Shown in pieces: positions 1 to 15,944 of a DNA stretch of 64,000 nucleotides. This DNA comes from Malacoraja senta (lineage: Eukaryota), in assembly GCA_038087875.1 (NCBI GenBank), contig CM075992.1, forward strand, positions 6,822,001 through 6,886,000. The letters run 5' to 3'. Made by a program: the position numbers and the translations under genes. How positions within the stretch are numbered: position 1 is the first letter of the stretch; each line of letters begins with the position of its first letter. The notes beneath the pieces were generated by a model that was not told the DNA's origin, made no database searches, and was given only the letters and a program-made list of their open reading frames with translations.

Positions 1-542
1 CGCTGGATGTAGCCACTGACATGCCCCGGGTTCCATCCTGCCCTCGGGTGCTGCGTCTGTGTGGAGTTTGCACATTCTCCCTGTGACCACTTGGCTTGTC
101 TCCGGGTGCTCCGGATTCCTCCCACATCGCAAAGACGTGCGGATTTGTAGGGTAATCCTTTTAAAAGTCGTTGCCCATTTTCTTTTCCCGACGGGAGTAG
201 GGCATTGCTGTGCGTTATACCCTGGTGACGGACTGTGCTAGTCTCGCCCATCGCCAACCAGCTCCATGAAGGGCTCAGTCCTGGCACCCACTGTGCCTCC
301 CACATTGGCCACTCACCAAGGGGCACAGGGTATTGAATTCTCACCCTGGGGGACAGTGCACAAAACGCAAGGTCCGTCCCTTCCCTCCCCCCTCCCCGCC
401 CCCACCTCGCTCCCTCTATCACAGCAGGCACTGCCATGCAGTTCAGAGCGTTCAGGTGGCACGGGTGGGGGTAGACGGCTGCACCCTCTGCTCTCACGCC
501 CCCAACTGTAGCGCCGCTCCCAACCATGCACTTGTTTCCTAG

Positions 543-1035
<493 letters not shown>

Positions 1036-1124
1036 CCGTAATCACCGATGCTCCTCCACTGTCCTCTGCCAAACTTTGCTCATTTTCATTGCCTCTTGAG
1101 CCTTCCGCTACCTTACCGAAGCTT

Positions 1125-1432
1125 GGGCAGCACGGTGCAGTGGTAGAGCTGCTGCCTCCCAACGCCAGAGACACAGGTTCGATTCTGACGTCGGGTGCTG
1201 TCTGTACAGATTTCTCCCCGTATTTCCTCCCAGTAACCGCGTGGGTTTTCTCCGGATGCTCCGGTTTTCTCCCACACTAAAGATGTGCCGGTTTGTAAGT
1301 TAATTGGCATCAATAAAATTGTAAATTGTGTGTAGGATAGCCATAGTGTATGGGGGGGGGGGGGATCGCTGGTCAGTGCGGACTCAATGGGCTGAAGGCC
1401 TGTTTCCACGCTATATCTCTAAAGTCTAAAGT
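1125..1432 (+). mobile_element. tRNA-derived V-SINE (HE1-like)
   Basis: A/B-box-like head (GGTTCGATTC), V-domain-like ggttttctccggatgctccggttttctcccaca, CR1-like tail ending tctctaaagtctaaagtc. Confidence 0.8.
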
Positions 1433-1704
1433 CTCCCTTGCTGTGCATAAAAGAAAGTGCTGGAGAACTCAGCGGCTCAGGCAGCATCTGTGGAGGGAAT
1501 GGACAGGTGATGTTTCAGGTCGGGACCATCTGTCAGGCTAATGGTGCTGGGATATTGTTCGGAACAAGGCGTATTCAACATATGCAACACAAAGACAGGC
1601 ACAGCTCAGACCCATTCGAGTGCCCTTGGCCGACTTTCAGATATAGAAAATAAAGAACGTACTATGTCAATATTCAATACCGCTGGGGAGTAAACTACCC
1701 AAGC

Positions 1705-2108
1705 GAAACTGAGGGGTGACTTCATTGAAAATTACCGAAAAGTGAAAGGCCTGGATAGAGCGGATGTAGGGAGGATGTTTCCACTATTGGGAGAGTCAAG
1801 AACTAGACGGCACAGCCTCAGAATAAAAGGACGTACCTTTAGAAAGGAGATGAGACAGAGTTTCTTTAGTCAAAGGGTGGTGAATCTGTGGAATTCGTTG
1901 CCACAGATGCTGTGGAGGCCAAGTTATTAAGTGGCGTCAAGTTTTTAAAGTGAATATTAACAGATTCTTGATTGGTACGGATGTCAGGGGTTATGGGGAG
2001 AAGGCAGGAGAATGGGGTTGAGAGGGAGAGATAGATCAGCCACGATTGAATGGTGGAGAATATGTGATGGGCCGAATGGCCTAATTCTGCTCCTATAACC
2101 TATGAACT
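1705..2108 (+). mobile_element. CR1-clade LINE 3' fragment
   Basis: Encodes the CR1 ORF2 C-terminus (GESRTR.HSLRIKG...FFSQRVVNLWNSLP) and has the gggccgaatggcct tail. Confidence 0.85.
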
Positions 2109-2551
2109 TGCGGAAAGCCTAATAAACACAAGCACAAATATCGTATATGCCTCCCACCACCACCTTTGGCAGCACGTTCCAAGCACCCACTCGATGGACC
2201 GAATGGCTTCTGTGACTTCTCCTCTGACTTATGGACTGTTTACTCTGATGTAAAGTCCCACACAGTGTTGCAGCCAGAGATGCAGAGGCAGGCTGCTGCT
2301 GTTCCACCCCAGCTTACACTGAATGCCAGAGTCCCCTGACACCGTGCCAATAAACTCCTGTCATTTCTTCACTTTGGTCCCACTGTTGTCTCCCCTGCCC
2401 TCTGCGTCACTGAGACAGACGATCTGTTTGTGGGAGTTCACTATGCACGGTATTCGCCATCCTTCCAACATTATCGCAGCATAACACCAGCGAGGTGCTT
2501 TGTGACTACTTGGGATTGTGCCATAAGTATATCTTATAAGTATAAGTACAA

Positions 2552-3140
2552 GTGCAGTTGTATAGGGCTCTGGTGAGACCACATCTGGAGTATTGTGTAC
2601 AGTTTTGGTCTCCTAATTTTAGGAAGGACATCCTTGTGATTGAGGCAGTGCAGCGTAGGTTCACGAGATTGATCCCTGGGATGGCGGGACTGTCATATGA
2701 GGAAAGATTGAAAAGACTAGGCTTGTATTCACTGGAGTTTAGAAGGATGAGGGGGTATCTTATAGAAACATATAAAATTATAAAAGGACTGGACAAGCTA
2801 GATGCAGGAAAAATGTTCCCAATGTTGGGCGAGTCCAGAACCAGGGGCCACACTTAGAATAAAGGGGAGGTCATTTAAGACTGAGGTGAGAAAAAACTTT
2901 TTAACCCAGAGAGTTGTGAATTTATGGAATTCCCTGCCACAGAGGGCAGTGGAGGCCAAATCACTGGATGGATTTAAGAGAGAGTTAGATAGAGCTCTAG
3001 GGGCTAGTAGAGTCAAGGGATATGGGGAGAAGGCAGGCACGGGTTATTGATGGGGGACGATCAGCCATGATCACAATGAATGGCGGTGCTGGCTCGAAGG
3101 GCCGAATGGCCTCCTCCTGCACCTATTTTCTATGTTTCTA
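2552..3140 (+). mobile_element. CR1-clade LINE, 5'-truncated and relatively young (one frameshift near 2850)
   Basis: QLYRALVRPHLEYCVQFWSP...RVVNLWNSLP is the CR1 ORF2 C-terminus, followed by its 3' UTR. Confidence 0.92.
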
Positions 3141-3344
3141 AGTTTACGTCCCTTTACCCTGTTGGCCTTCATTTTCAGCTTGTTCCTCCACATGGGCTTC
3201 CCGCGCTTCAGAGTGGGGGTGGCATCACGGGCTGGGGCCATCCTACACTGGGGAGGTGCTGAGGGGAGTGGGGGGGGGCATCAACAGCTGGATATGTGAT
3301 GTTACACACCCTGAAACCAAAGCACATCTGTGACGGACGTTTGT

Positions 3345-4018
<674 letters not shown>

Positions 4019-4189
4019 TGAGTGCGTGGGAATGCAGCCTGCCCAGCAGGACTCCGTACACATTCGCAGCACCAGCCACGCATGCACACCACTGCCAGAG
4101 CCTGTGTGAGGCCAGGCAGGAGCGAGGTCAGCCTAGTCAGGGATAACGTGTCTGTGGTGGCACCACACTGGCACACTGCACAGGTAGGC

Positions 4190-5208
<1,019 letters not shown>

Positions 5209-6736
5209 TGACGTTTAGTTTAGAGATACAGCATGGAAACAGGCCCTTCGGCCCACTGAGTCCACACCGACCAGCGATCCTCGCACACTAACACTACCCT
5301 ACACACACACACACACACACCAGGGACAATACACTTATACCAAGCCAATTAACCTACAAACCTTATTGATGTTTAGTGTTTTCTGAGTCATTCGTAACTG
5401 TCATTGTATGTCATGTTGTTACTTGTGGGCGGAGCACCAAGGCAAATTCCTTGTATGTGAATACTTGGTCAATAAACTTACTTACTTACTTAAAAAACCT
5501 GTATGTCTTTGGAGCGTGGAAGGAAACCAAAGGCCTCGGAGAAAACGCACGCAGGTCACAGGGAGAACGTGCAAACTCCGTACAGACAGCACCCGTAGTC
5601 GGGATGGTACCCGGGTCTCCGGCGCTGTAAGGCAGCAACTCTACTGCTGTGCCACCTGTGTGCCGGGGGTAGAGGTCATGGAGGGGCCGGGTGATGGGAA
5701 GCAGAGGTGAGAGAGTCAAAGGTTTCATTGTCCTGTTCTCTCCGGCCCGCACACCGACACGGCCACAGGGAGAGCAGGCAAACTCCACACAGGCAGCACC
5801 GCAGCGTTGTAGGTTAATTGGCCTCTTGAAATTTGCCCTGGTGTGGATGAGAAAGTGGGATAACGTAAAGCTAGTGTGAGTAGCTGATCGATGGTCGGCA
5901 AAGATTCGATGGGCCGAAGGGCTATATCTCTAAACTGAACTAAACTACTCGAAAAGGGCGGAGATTTCCTAGCAAGGGGAAAGAGCTTGCCATAAAAACC
6001 TTTCATTTCTCTAAGTCGGCACGATGACGCAGCGGTAGAGTTGCTGCCTCACAGCGCCAGAGACCGCAATACAATCCTGACTACGGGTGCTGTCTGTACA
6101 GAGTTATACGTTCTCCCCGTGACCACATGGGTTTTCTCCGGGATCTCCGGTTTCCTCCCACTCTACAAAGACGTACAGGTTTGTAGGTTAATTGGCTTAA
6201 GTTTTAAAAACATTGTAAATTGTCTCTGGTGTGTAGGATAGTGCCAGTGTACAGGGATTGGGTACTGATTGGGGATGATCAGCCATGATCACATTGAATG
6301 GCGGTGCTGGCTCGAAGGGCCGAATGGCCCACTCCACCTATTGTCTATTGATTGCTGGTCGGCGCGGAGTCGCTAGGTGGAAGGGCCTGTTTCCATGCTG
6401 TTTCTCTAAACTAAACTAAACTTTATCAGGGCTAGCACAATCGTGAAGGGTGAACGGTCTCTGTTTGTGACATTTTTGTGATTCTCTGCTCCGTTGCATC
6501 TTGTCGGTTCACTGCAAGCTGTAATTAGTGTAGACAGCAATATAAGTCAGCACCTTATTAAGTCAACTGCTGTTTGTGTGCCGGCACGTGTGGTGAGTGT
6601 TGTGCTGTGGGTGGGTGGGGCTGCACCGTCCTGCCTCTATAATGATGGAGTTCCAGCAGACATGCGATCGTTACAGCTCGCCTCGCTCCTCCCGCGCAGG
6701 CAGCCACTAATAATTGTCTCTTCTTTTCTTTTTTAA

Positions 6737-6889
<153 letters not shown>

Positions 6890-8319
6890 TAAATGCGGGC
6901 GATGCACGCGCGTGTATGCCCGACGTAATGCACGTAACCAGCGTTTCAGAAAGTCGATGTCAAGACAATAGGTGCAGGTGCCCTTCGAGCCAGCACCGCC
7001 ATTCAATGTGATCGTGGCTGATCATCCCCAATCAGTGCCCTGTTCCTGCCTTCTCCCCATATCCCCTGACTCCGCTATCTTTAAGAGCCGTATCTAGCTC
7101 TCTCTTGAAAGTATCCAGAGAACCGGCCTCCACCGCCTCTGAGGCAGAGAATTCCACAGACTCACAACTCTCAGGAGTTATGGGGAGAAGACATGAGAGT
7201 GGGGTCGAGAGGGAGCGGTAGGTCAGCGATGGTTGAATGGCGGAGTAGACTTGATGGGCCGAATGGCCCAATTCTGCTCCTATCACTTATGAAAGTGTCT
7301 CCTCTTCTGTGCTGGGAGCCTGTGGCAATGGCACTGGTGAAGTGAGCACAGGGACCAGGGTTGTGCTGAGAACATCTGCCCAGACTGATGCCATCAATGC
7401 ATGCCCAATGCCCAGTTACTGGTGTAACTGCACAGGCCCACAGCACACATTTTGATGCAGTGTGGAAACAGGCCTTTGGCTGAAATTATCTAGCATACAC
7501 AAATAGTAGATGCCAATGTTCACGATAAAAGTCTACAGTACATTGCCAAATGTATAGGTATATCGTTCAGGCCAATTATATCTGCCATAGTCTAATCTGT
7601 AGTTTAGTTTGGAGATTTAGTGTGGAAATAGGCCCTTCGGCACACTGACCAATGATCAACCGTACACTAGTTCAATCCTACATTCTAGGGACAATTTACA
7701 GAGGCCATTTAACCTACAAATCCACACGTCTTTGAAATGCGGGAGGAAACAGGAGCACCCGGAGGAAACCCACATGGTCACAGGGAGAATGTGCAAACTT
7801 TACACAGACAGCACCTGTAGTCCGAATCGAACCCACATCCCTGGTGGTGTAAGGCAGTTGCGCCACCATGCCACCCTATTGGTATTAGTACCAGGCACAG
7901 GTACCAGTAATACAGGACATGCCAAACTTATTGGTCTTCGACATGAAGTGCTGGAGGAACTCAGCGGGTCAGGCATCATCTGTGGAGGGAATGGACTGGT
8001 GACGTTTTGGGTTGAGACCCTTATATAGATTGATTGATCGGGCTGAAGAAGGGTCCCGATCGGAAACGCTGCCTGTCCATGCCCTCCACACATGCTACCT
8101 GACCCGCTGAGTTCCTCCAGCACTTTGCTTGAGATTTCAGCATCTACAGGCTCTGGTGTCCCCAAAGTCATCGGACGTGTTGTGAATGAGTGACCCACTA
8201 GTAGGAAGGTATTTGCCTATCCCCATTTTGCGACTTATGTTACCAGGTATTTGATATCCCACGACCATTCACATTCAGCCCAGAGTCCTCCTGCTACTCT
8301 GAGCCTTTGTGGATGCCCA

Positions 8320-8748
8320 GAGCATCACACGACCAACTTCCCTTCCATTGACTCCATCTACACTTCACGCTGCTTCGGCAAGGCCAGCAGCAAAATCAAG
8401 GACCAGTCTCACCCTGGTCACTCCCTCTTCTCCCCTCTCTCATCAGGCAAGAGGTATAGAAGTGTGAAAACGCACACCTTCAGATTCAAGGACAGTTTCT
8501 TCCCAGCAGTTATCAGGCAACTGAACCATCCTATCACCAACTAGTGAGCGGTCCTGAGCTACCATCTACCTCATTGGAGACCCTCGAACTATCTCTAATC
8601 ACACTTTATCTTGCACTAAACGTTATCCCCTGTATCCTGTATCTGTACATTGTGGACGGCTTGATTGTAATTATGTATAGTCTTTCTGCTGACTGGATAG
8701 TGCGCAACAAAAGGCTTTTCACTGTACCTTGGTATATGTGACAATAAC
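8320..8748 (+). mobile_element. Rex1/Babar-like LINE 3' fragment
   Basis: IKDQSHPGHSLFSPLSSGKRYRS...RFKDSFFPAVIRQLN motif. Related tails occur near 12170-12455 and 48185-48345, and on the - strand near 60890-61145. Confidence 0.8.
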
Positions 8749-9306
8749 CTTTAGGGGGCGGCACAGCGGTAGAGTTGCTGCCTTACAGCACCAGAGACCC
8801 GGGTTCGATCCTGGCTACAGGTGCTGTCTGTACGGAGTTTGTACATTCTCCCCGTTTTCCACATTTTCCCCGAACATTCCAGGTTTGTAGGTTAGTTGGC
8901 TTCAGTAAAATTGTAAATTGTAGGATAGTGCGAGCCTGCGGGGATCGCTGGTCAGTGTGGACTCGGTGGGCCGAAGGGCCTGTTTCAGCGCTGTATCTCT
9001 AAACTGAACTACTTGATGCTTGGGTGGTGTGATGGGCACTCTGTGGCGAGGCACTGATCTGGGCAGCTCTTCCTTCCTTTGGGCACGGCTGGATGACTAT
9101 CGCTGCAAATCCACACTGTGCATCTCCCAGCAGCGAACTGGTGAAGCCTGCCCGGTTTAGGAGTGAGCTATGAACCACTCTGCGCTGCAACGGGGAGGGG
9201 CGAGCGCAGCGAGGGGGGAAGGAGGAGGGTCACTGCACATTCCTGGAAGGGAGGTGTCGATTTGTGGAAGGTGCCTCCGAGCTGACTGCCTCCTTTCCCC
9301 CAGTAG

Positions 9307-9483
<177 letters not shown>

Positions 9484-10456
9484 TAACCACACTGTCCTCT
9501 CTGCTTTTTCCCCACAGCCCACATTTTTTTTCATATATTTATCTAATTCTCTTTTAAAATTGTAATTAAATTTACTTGCATCATCGTTGCAGGAATTGTG
9601 TTCCAAGTCATAGCAACTCACCGGGTGATAGATAGTTGGCTTCCCCTCTCCACTGTCTTTGCTGTTAATTCCTTTCTAAGCCTGTCCTCTCGTCCCATAG
9701 GCAACAGTTGGCTCCCTTTCCATCCTGTCATAAACATCTCCATGTAATCTCCTCTTAGCCTTCTCCAAGTCCCTCCTAGAGGCCGGGTACCTGATCTGGG
9801 CCTGAGAGCTTTGACTGTACCCATCAAGATCGGTTTGGCTTTGAAAAGAATGTTTAACCCTCGGGCCCAGGTCCAGACCAAGCTGCGCCGGCGCTTTACG
9901 AATGAACAACCTCGCCCTCTCCCTACATTCCTTCCTCTGGCTTCACAACTCGCAACTCTTCAATCCTGTCTCACGCCTTCCTCTTTTATCTCTGGCCTTT
10001 GTTCCATCCATCTGCCTATGAAAAACACCCCTCACCTGTGCCCACCAATTACCTGCCACGCTTTGTCCTGCCTCGCCTCTCTCCCAGTTTTCTATCTCCC
10101 CTTCCCCCCAATCAGTCCGAAGAAGGGTCACCTATTCACGTTCTCGAGAGTTGTTGCATGGCCGACTGAGTTACTCGATGGACCTTTTATGTCATTTAGA
10201 CACAAAGTGCTGGGGTAACTCAGTGGGTCAAGCAGCATCTCTGGAGAAAATGAATGGGTGATGTTTCTGGTCGGGATCCTTTTTCTGACTGATTGTGTCC
10301 TTTTATGCTCAAACTGAACATGGGGAGCAGGTTTCAAGTGGCGGAGCACTGAGACACAGGCTCAGAGTACTGACTGCTGTGTGCGTTCTGCATTTGGTCT
10401 GCTTTGGTTTGGGGATAGAAGACTTGCCGGTCTCAGGCTCAGGATTGATAGCTTTA

Positions 10457-10751
10457 AGCCCCTGTCCCACGATGCGAGTTTACCCAAGAGCTCTCCCGAG
10501 TTAAAAAAAAATCAAACTCGTGGTACCTCATCACAAGTATTTTTTTACTCTTGGAAATTTTTCACACTGTTGAAAAAACTTCACGAGTTTCTGCGTTTCC
10601 CGAGTACCTGCCGTTAGCATTACGAGCTGCTACGAGACATCCACGAGCTCCGACGTACCCGCTACGTACATTCTATGTACTTGCCACGAGTTTGATTTTT
10701 TTTTAAACTCGGGAAAGCTCTTGGGTAAACTCGCAGCGTGGGACAGGGCCT
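10457..10751. mobile_element. PIF/Harbinger-type MITE (295 bp) in a SMARCA4 intron
   Basis: ~67-bp terminal inverted repeats starting AG(C/G)CCCTGTCCCAC; TTA on both sides (10454-10456, 10752-10754); no ORF. Confidence 0.85.
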
Positions 10752-11442
10752 TTAGATTGTCCAAGCTCAAGTCTGAATTTTTTTTACCTGACTCTGGCAC
10801 CATTCCAATATCTCCACAACCTTGAACTGCTTCCTAATGTGCTGTTGTCAAAACTGGAAGGAGTGCTCTAGCTGAGACCACAGCCCTACTTCATAGGGGT
10901 TTAGTTTGTAGAACTGGGTGCAGTTTCAGAGGAAGCTGGTTTTCTGAATGATGTTGACTTTTTGACCCAAGCCTGCTTCTCCCAGAGAGATATTAATCAA
11001 GACCACCTACACAAGCTGTGAGAAAGCGGAGCTGTTCAACACATCCGGAGATGCTGGACAAATTAGCCTGACCCCACATTAAACCTCCTGACTAGAGCTC
11101 CTTTAACAAAGCTCCCATTGCCCAGGATGATATCCTGCACAAATTGCCGGAGTAACTCACCAGGGCAGACAGCATCTTTGGAGAGAAGGAATGAAGAAGG
11201 GTCTCGACCCAAAACGTCACCCATTCCTTCTCTCCAGAGATGCTGCCTGTCCCGCTGAGTTACTCCAGCATTTTGTGTCTACCTTCGATTTAAACCAGCA
11301 TCTGCAGTTCTTTCCTACACATGATAGAGATAGTTGGCCCTGATAGAGGCCAACATTGACATGACGGAATGAATGGCCTCATTCTATGCTCTATGACCAT
11401 TCTATGATTCTACTGTATGTATCACCTCCCTGTCTCTCCCAG

Positions 11443-11572
11443 ATCTATGAAGATTCCATTGTGTTGCAATCCGTGTTTACCAGCGTACGGCAAAAAATTG
11501 AAAAGGAAGAAGACAGCGAGGATGATAGTGAGGAAGGAGAGGAGGATGAAGAAGAAGGATCCGAGTCAGAAT
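11443..11572 (+). CDS. SMARCA4: SMARCA4 exon [22 protein letters not shown] plus acidic tract, phase 0-1
   Basis: ctcccag|ATC acceptor and T|gtaagt donor. [12 protein letters not shown] is diagnostic of BRG1. Confidence 0.96.
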
Positions 11573-13470
11573 GTAAGTACTGCAAAGAGTTTGGTTTCCA
11601 CTTTATCTTGAGAGATTCTGGGTTAGATTTTCTGCTCCTAGCTCTTTGTACGCACCATCCCTGCCACATTCACACAAAGCCTCCTGGACTGGAGGCTCTC
11701 TGAGAACGGACTGGGGTGAAAGCCCGGTTTAGTCGGCAGAAAGATGACACACAGATGCTGAGCAGGACCAAGGAAATTTGCTGCCCGGCTGCTCTGTAGA
11801 CGGAGATAGGTTTACAGGATTTAAAGCTGAACAGATACCCAGCCAGCGGTCTACACCATACAGCACCAAGAGCAATTGGGAACGGAACTGATCCAATGTT
11901 GAGCGGGAGGTCTTGGGTTGAAAGAATATACGGAACATCCAGAACAAGAACAGAACATACAGCACGGAAACAGGCCCTTCGGCCCAACTTGCCCACGCCG
12001 TCCAAGATGCCCCATCTACACTCGTGTCACGTTTACCCCATATCCCTCTAAACCTTTCCTATCCATGGACCCATCCAAATGTCTTTTACATGTTGCCGTG
12101 GTACCTGCCTCAACTACCACCTCTGGCAGCTCGTTCCATTTACCCACTAGTGAAGGATTGTATTCACATAGTTCCTGATTCAGGGACAGTTGTTAACATG
12201 CATCTGAACCATCCTATCTCCAACTAGAGAGCCGCCCTGACCTGCCACCTACCTGAATTGGAGACCTTTGGACTATCTTTAATCTGACTTCACTGGACTT
12301 TATTTTGCACTAAATGTTATTCCCTTTATCCAGTATTTGTTCACTGTGGACGGCTTGATTGTAATCATGTATAGTCTTTCCGCTGACTGGATAGAACATA
12401 ACAAAAAAGCTTTTCACTGCACCTCAGACACGTGACAAAAAACTAAACTAAACTAAATTGTGTAGAAAGGAACAGGGGATTCTGGTTTGTACCGAAGTTA
12501 TTTTCAAGAAGGGTTCCGACCTGAAACGTCATCCCATCCTTTTCCTCCAGAGATGCTGCCTGACCCACTGAGTTGCTCCGGCACTTTGTGTCTAAACTGA
12601 ACTAAATTCTGGTTGATGAACAGTTTAGGAAATAGGGATAGCCAAGATCATCTATCGGTGTCAAGGGCACAGAGCTGGATTGATGGAACACATTCTGACC
12701 TTGGGTAATAGATTAAGGAATGAGCATGTTCAGAGTCAGGGAATGCACGGGGCTAAAGGACACATTCTTGATTCTTCTGGCTTACAAAATGCAGAGATCC
12801 AGGTTCAGGGAAAAGGCTCTCGCTCCAATCACTCTTTGTTCATCCCGACTGTGCTGAGGATACACAGATGAAATTTAGTTTAGAGATACAGCGTGGAAAC
12901 TGGCCCTTCAGGCCACCGGGTCCACATCAACCAGCGATCCTGCACACTAACACTAACACTATCCTACACACACTAGGGACAATTTACCATTTTACGAAGC
13001 CAATTTGCCTACAAACCTGTACGTCTTTGGAGTGTGGGAGGAAACCGGAGATCCCGGAGAAATTCCACGTGGTCACGGGGAGAACGTACAAATTCAGTAC
13101 TATCAGCTCCAGTAACTAGGACCGAACCCCGATCTCTGGCACTGTGAGGTAGCACCTCTTTTCTCACAGAGAGGTGTGAGTGTGTGGAATTCTCCGTCTC
13201 AGAGGGCGGTGGACGCCGGTTTTCTGGGTATTTTCAAGAGAAAGCTAAATAGGGCTCTTAAAGATAGCGGAGTCAGGGGATATGGGGAGAAGGCAGGAAC
13301 GGGGTACTGATTGTGGATGATCAGCCATGATCACGTTGAATGGCGGTGCTGGCTCGAAGGACCGAATGGCCTACTCCTGCACCTATTGTCTATTGTCTAA
13401 TGTCACCACCGTGCCACCTCTCTAGGACAATCGTTTGTGATCCCCATTTCATGCTCTCTTCTTCTCACAG

Positions 13471-13610
13471 CTCGATCGGTGAAAGTGAAGATTAGGCTGG
13501 GCCGGAAGGAGAAGAGCCAGGATCGGGTGAAGGGGCGGAAACGCTCTAGTCGCGCATCGAAGTCCAAACCTATTGTAAGCGATGATGACACGGAGGAGGA
13601 AGTGGATGAG
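13471..13610 (+). CDS. SMARCA4: SMARCA4 penultimate exon ([15 protein letters not shown]...[10 protein letters not shown]), phase 1-0
   Basis: ctcacag|CT acceptor and GAG|gtggga donor; matches the BRG1 C-terminus. Confidence 0.95.
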
Positions 13611-15175
13611 GTGGGACCCGGTACCTGAGCCCGTTATTGCCGTTTCCATTATACAAAGTTGAGTTTGAGACAGTGATACGGGAACTCCAGTATTTGGTGG
13701 TCTTCAACCTCTCCCTGTGGACCTAAGCTTGTAGCTTTGAGTAATGTCATTTAATTCACCAGCTCTGATTAACAGGTGGCTTAAATGTAATTGGAGATGC
13801 GCTGTAATGAGTAAGATCAGACTTCGTAAGGACCAAACTGCTTGTAAATGAAGGACAAAGATCGGATGGTGACACAAGGAATTGCAGATACTGGGCTCTT
13901 GAGTGAAACACAAAGTGCTGGAGGAACTCAACGGGTCGGGGAGCATATGCGGCAGGAGGACTGAGTTACTCCAGCACTTTGTGAGCTGAAGGGTCCCGAC
14001 CCGAATCGTCGTCTATCCATTCTTTCCATGGATGCTGTCTGACCCGCTGAGTTACTCCAGCACTTTGTGTTTCACACAATGGTCAGATAATTTGTTACAT
14101 TGACGTTGATTGTGACAGAAATTTTGTAACCCCTCTGCTCTTCGTTGAGCTAGTCCCCTGTCCCTGTTTTTGGCCAATAACCCTCAAAACCCTACTTATC
14201 TATATATCTGTCCATATATCTTTAAAAGTCATAATTGTATCCACTTCTGTGGCTTCCAATTGCAGTTCATTCGAGAATACAGACTACCCTCCAAGTGAAA
14301 AAAATGCCTACTTAAATCTCTCCCCTCTCATCTTAAACCCATGCCCTTTAGTTTTAGAATCGTCTACCTCAAAAGACTGTGAGCAATCAGTTTATCCATG
14401 CCCCTCATGATCTTGTACACCTTAATAAGATCATCCTACGCTCCAAAGAAAAATGTCACCGCATATCCAAACTCCTCCAAACTCAAGCCCGCGAGTCTCT
14501 TAATATTCCGGTGAAACTCTTTTGCACCTTTTCCAACAACGACATCAGTCTGAAGAAGGGTTTCAACCAGAAACGTCACCTTTTCATCATCAGTCTGAAG
14601 AAGGGTTTCGACCCGAAACGTTGCCCATTTCCTTCGCTCCATAGATGCTGCCTCATCCGCTGAGTTTCTCCAGCATTTTTGTCTACCTTCGATTTTCCAG
14701 CATCTGCAGTTCCTTCTTAAACGTCACCTATTCATGTTCTCCAGGGGTGCTGCCTGACCCGCTGAGTTACTCCATCACTTTGTCTTTTTTTATAAATCAG
14801 CATCTGCAGTTCTTTGTTTCTGCATCTGAATGACATCCTCCCTCTAGCTAGGTGACTGGGACTCCACCTACAGGCCTCCAAGTGTGGTTTCACCAACAAC
14901 CTGTACAGTTGCATCATGACACCTCACCCTTTGTTCTCATTACCCTCATAACTATTCATTACTCAAGAGAAAGGGCAAGTATGCCAAACGCCGCCTTCAC
15001 AATGCTGTGTAGCTGACTCTCTACTTCTAGGGAAATCTGCTCCTAGGTTTCCCTGTTGCGCTCCCACTAATAAAAAACACTGCAGGGCTTCACGAGGGTC
15101 GGAGATGCCAAAGTTACCAGGATTATCTTGGATGGAATTTATTTATTTTGTTTGTTTGTTTCTCTGCCTTTTCAG

Positions 15176-15208
15176 GAACGGTCCGGAACTGGTACAGATG
15201 AAGATTAA
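15176..15208 (+). CDS. SMARCA4: SMARCA4 last coding exon ERSGTGTDED*
   Basis: ttttcag|GAA acceptor and TAA at 15206-15208; resembles the BRG1 ending DRSGSGSEED. Confidence 0.9.
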   Translation, partial: ERSGTGTDED

Positions 15209-15944
15209 TCTCAGGATAACATTCCGTGTTGGGATCTACACTGGGGCTTGTCCATCCTTCTGAGAGTGACTGTGCGATGTTCTCGTACCCGTGTCCAGCT
15301 AGCAGTGTAGTGTACGTTCTTAGTATACGATGTAATCTTGCATATTTATAACAGCAGAGCAGAAGGCATGTAGGATTATCAACTTAGTGTCTCGCTGTCT
15401 TGAGGCTGGTCGTGTTCACAATGGCATTAATGGCACAGTCTTTTCCAAGTTGCCATTCATTGTGCAGGATGCGTTAACTCTTAGACACAGCTGCTAACTC
15501 CAAGCATCTAAACCCTCCCTCCTCCTTCCTTTTTGTTTCCCACTGAGTTTCCCCGCACTGTGTAATACATAGTCCATCTGGTTAATTGTTATATTAATTA
15601 AATTAACCAGATTGGGTTGAATCTGGGAGCTTGACACTAACTCACAGTTAACACATCGCTGGTTGATGCACAAGAAATGACAACGTGAAAAAGGCTGGCC
15701 AGGAAAAGAACAAAAACTCATGAATTTGGGAATACTTGATTTTTTTTTTAGAGGTTTATTTTTGTTTCTTCTCTCCGTTCGAGCGCAGTCGGTCACATGC
15801 AGTCCTAGCCTCATTGTATGGTGACATGTGTAAGCATGTGTGTAGGAATTCATTGCCATCACTGTACTGTATTTTAAACAGGTCAATCCCACCCATCTCT
15901 GCAGAGCCTGAGGGAATTCTGTACTGTCATTATCACTGGACTAC

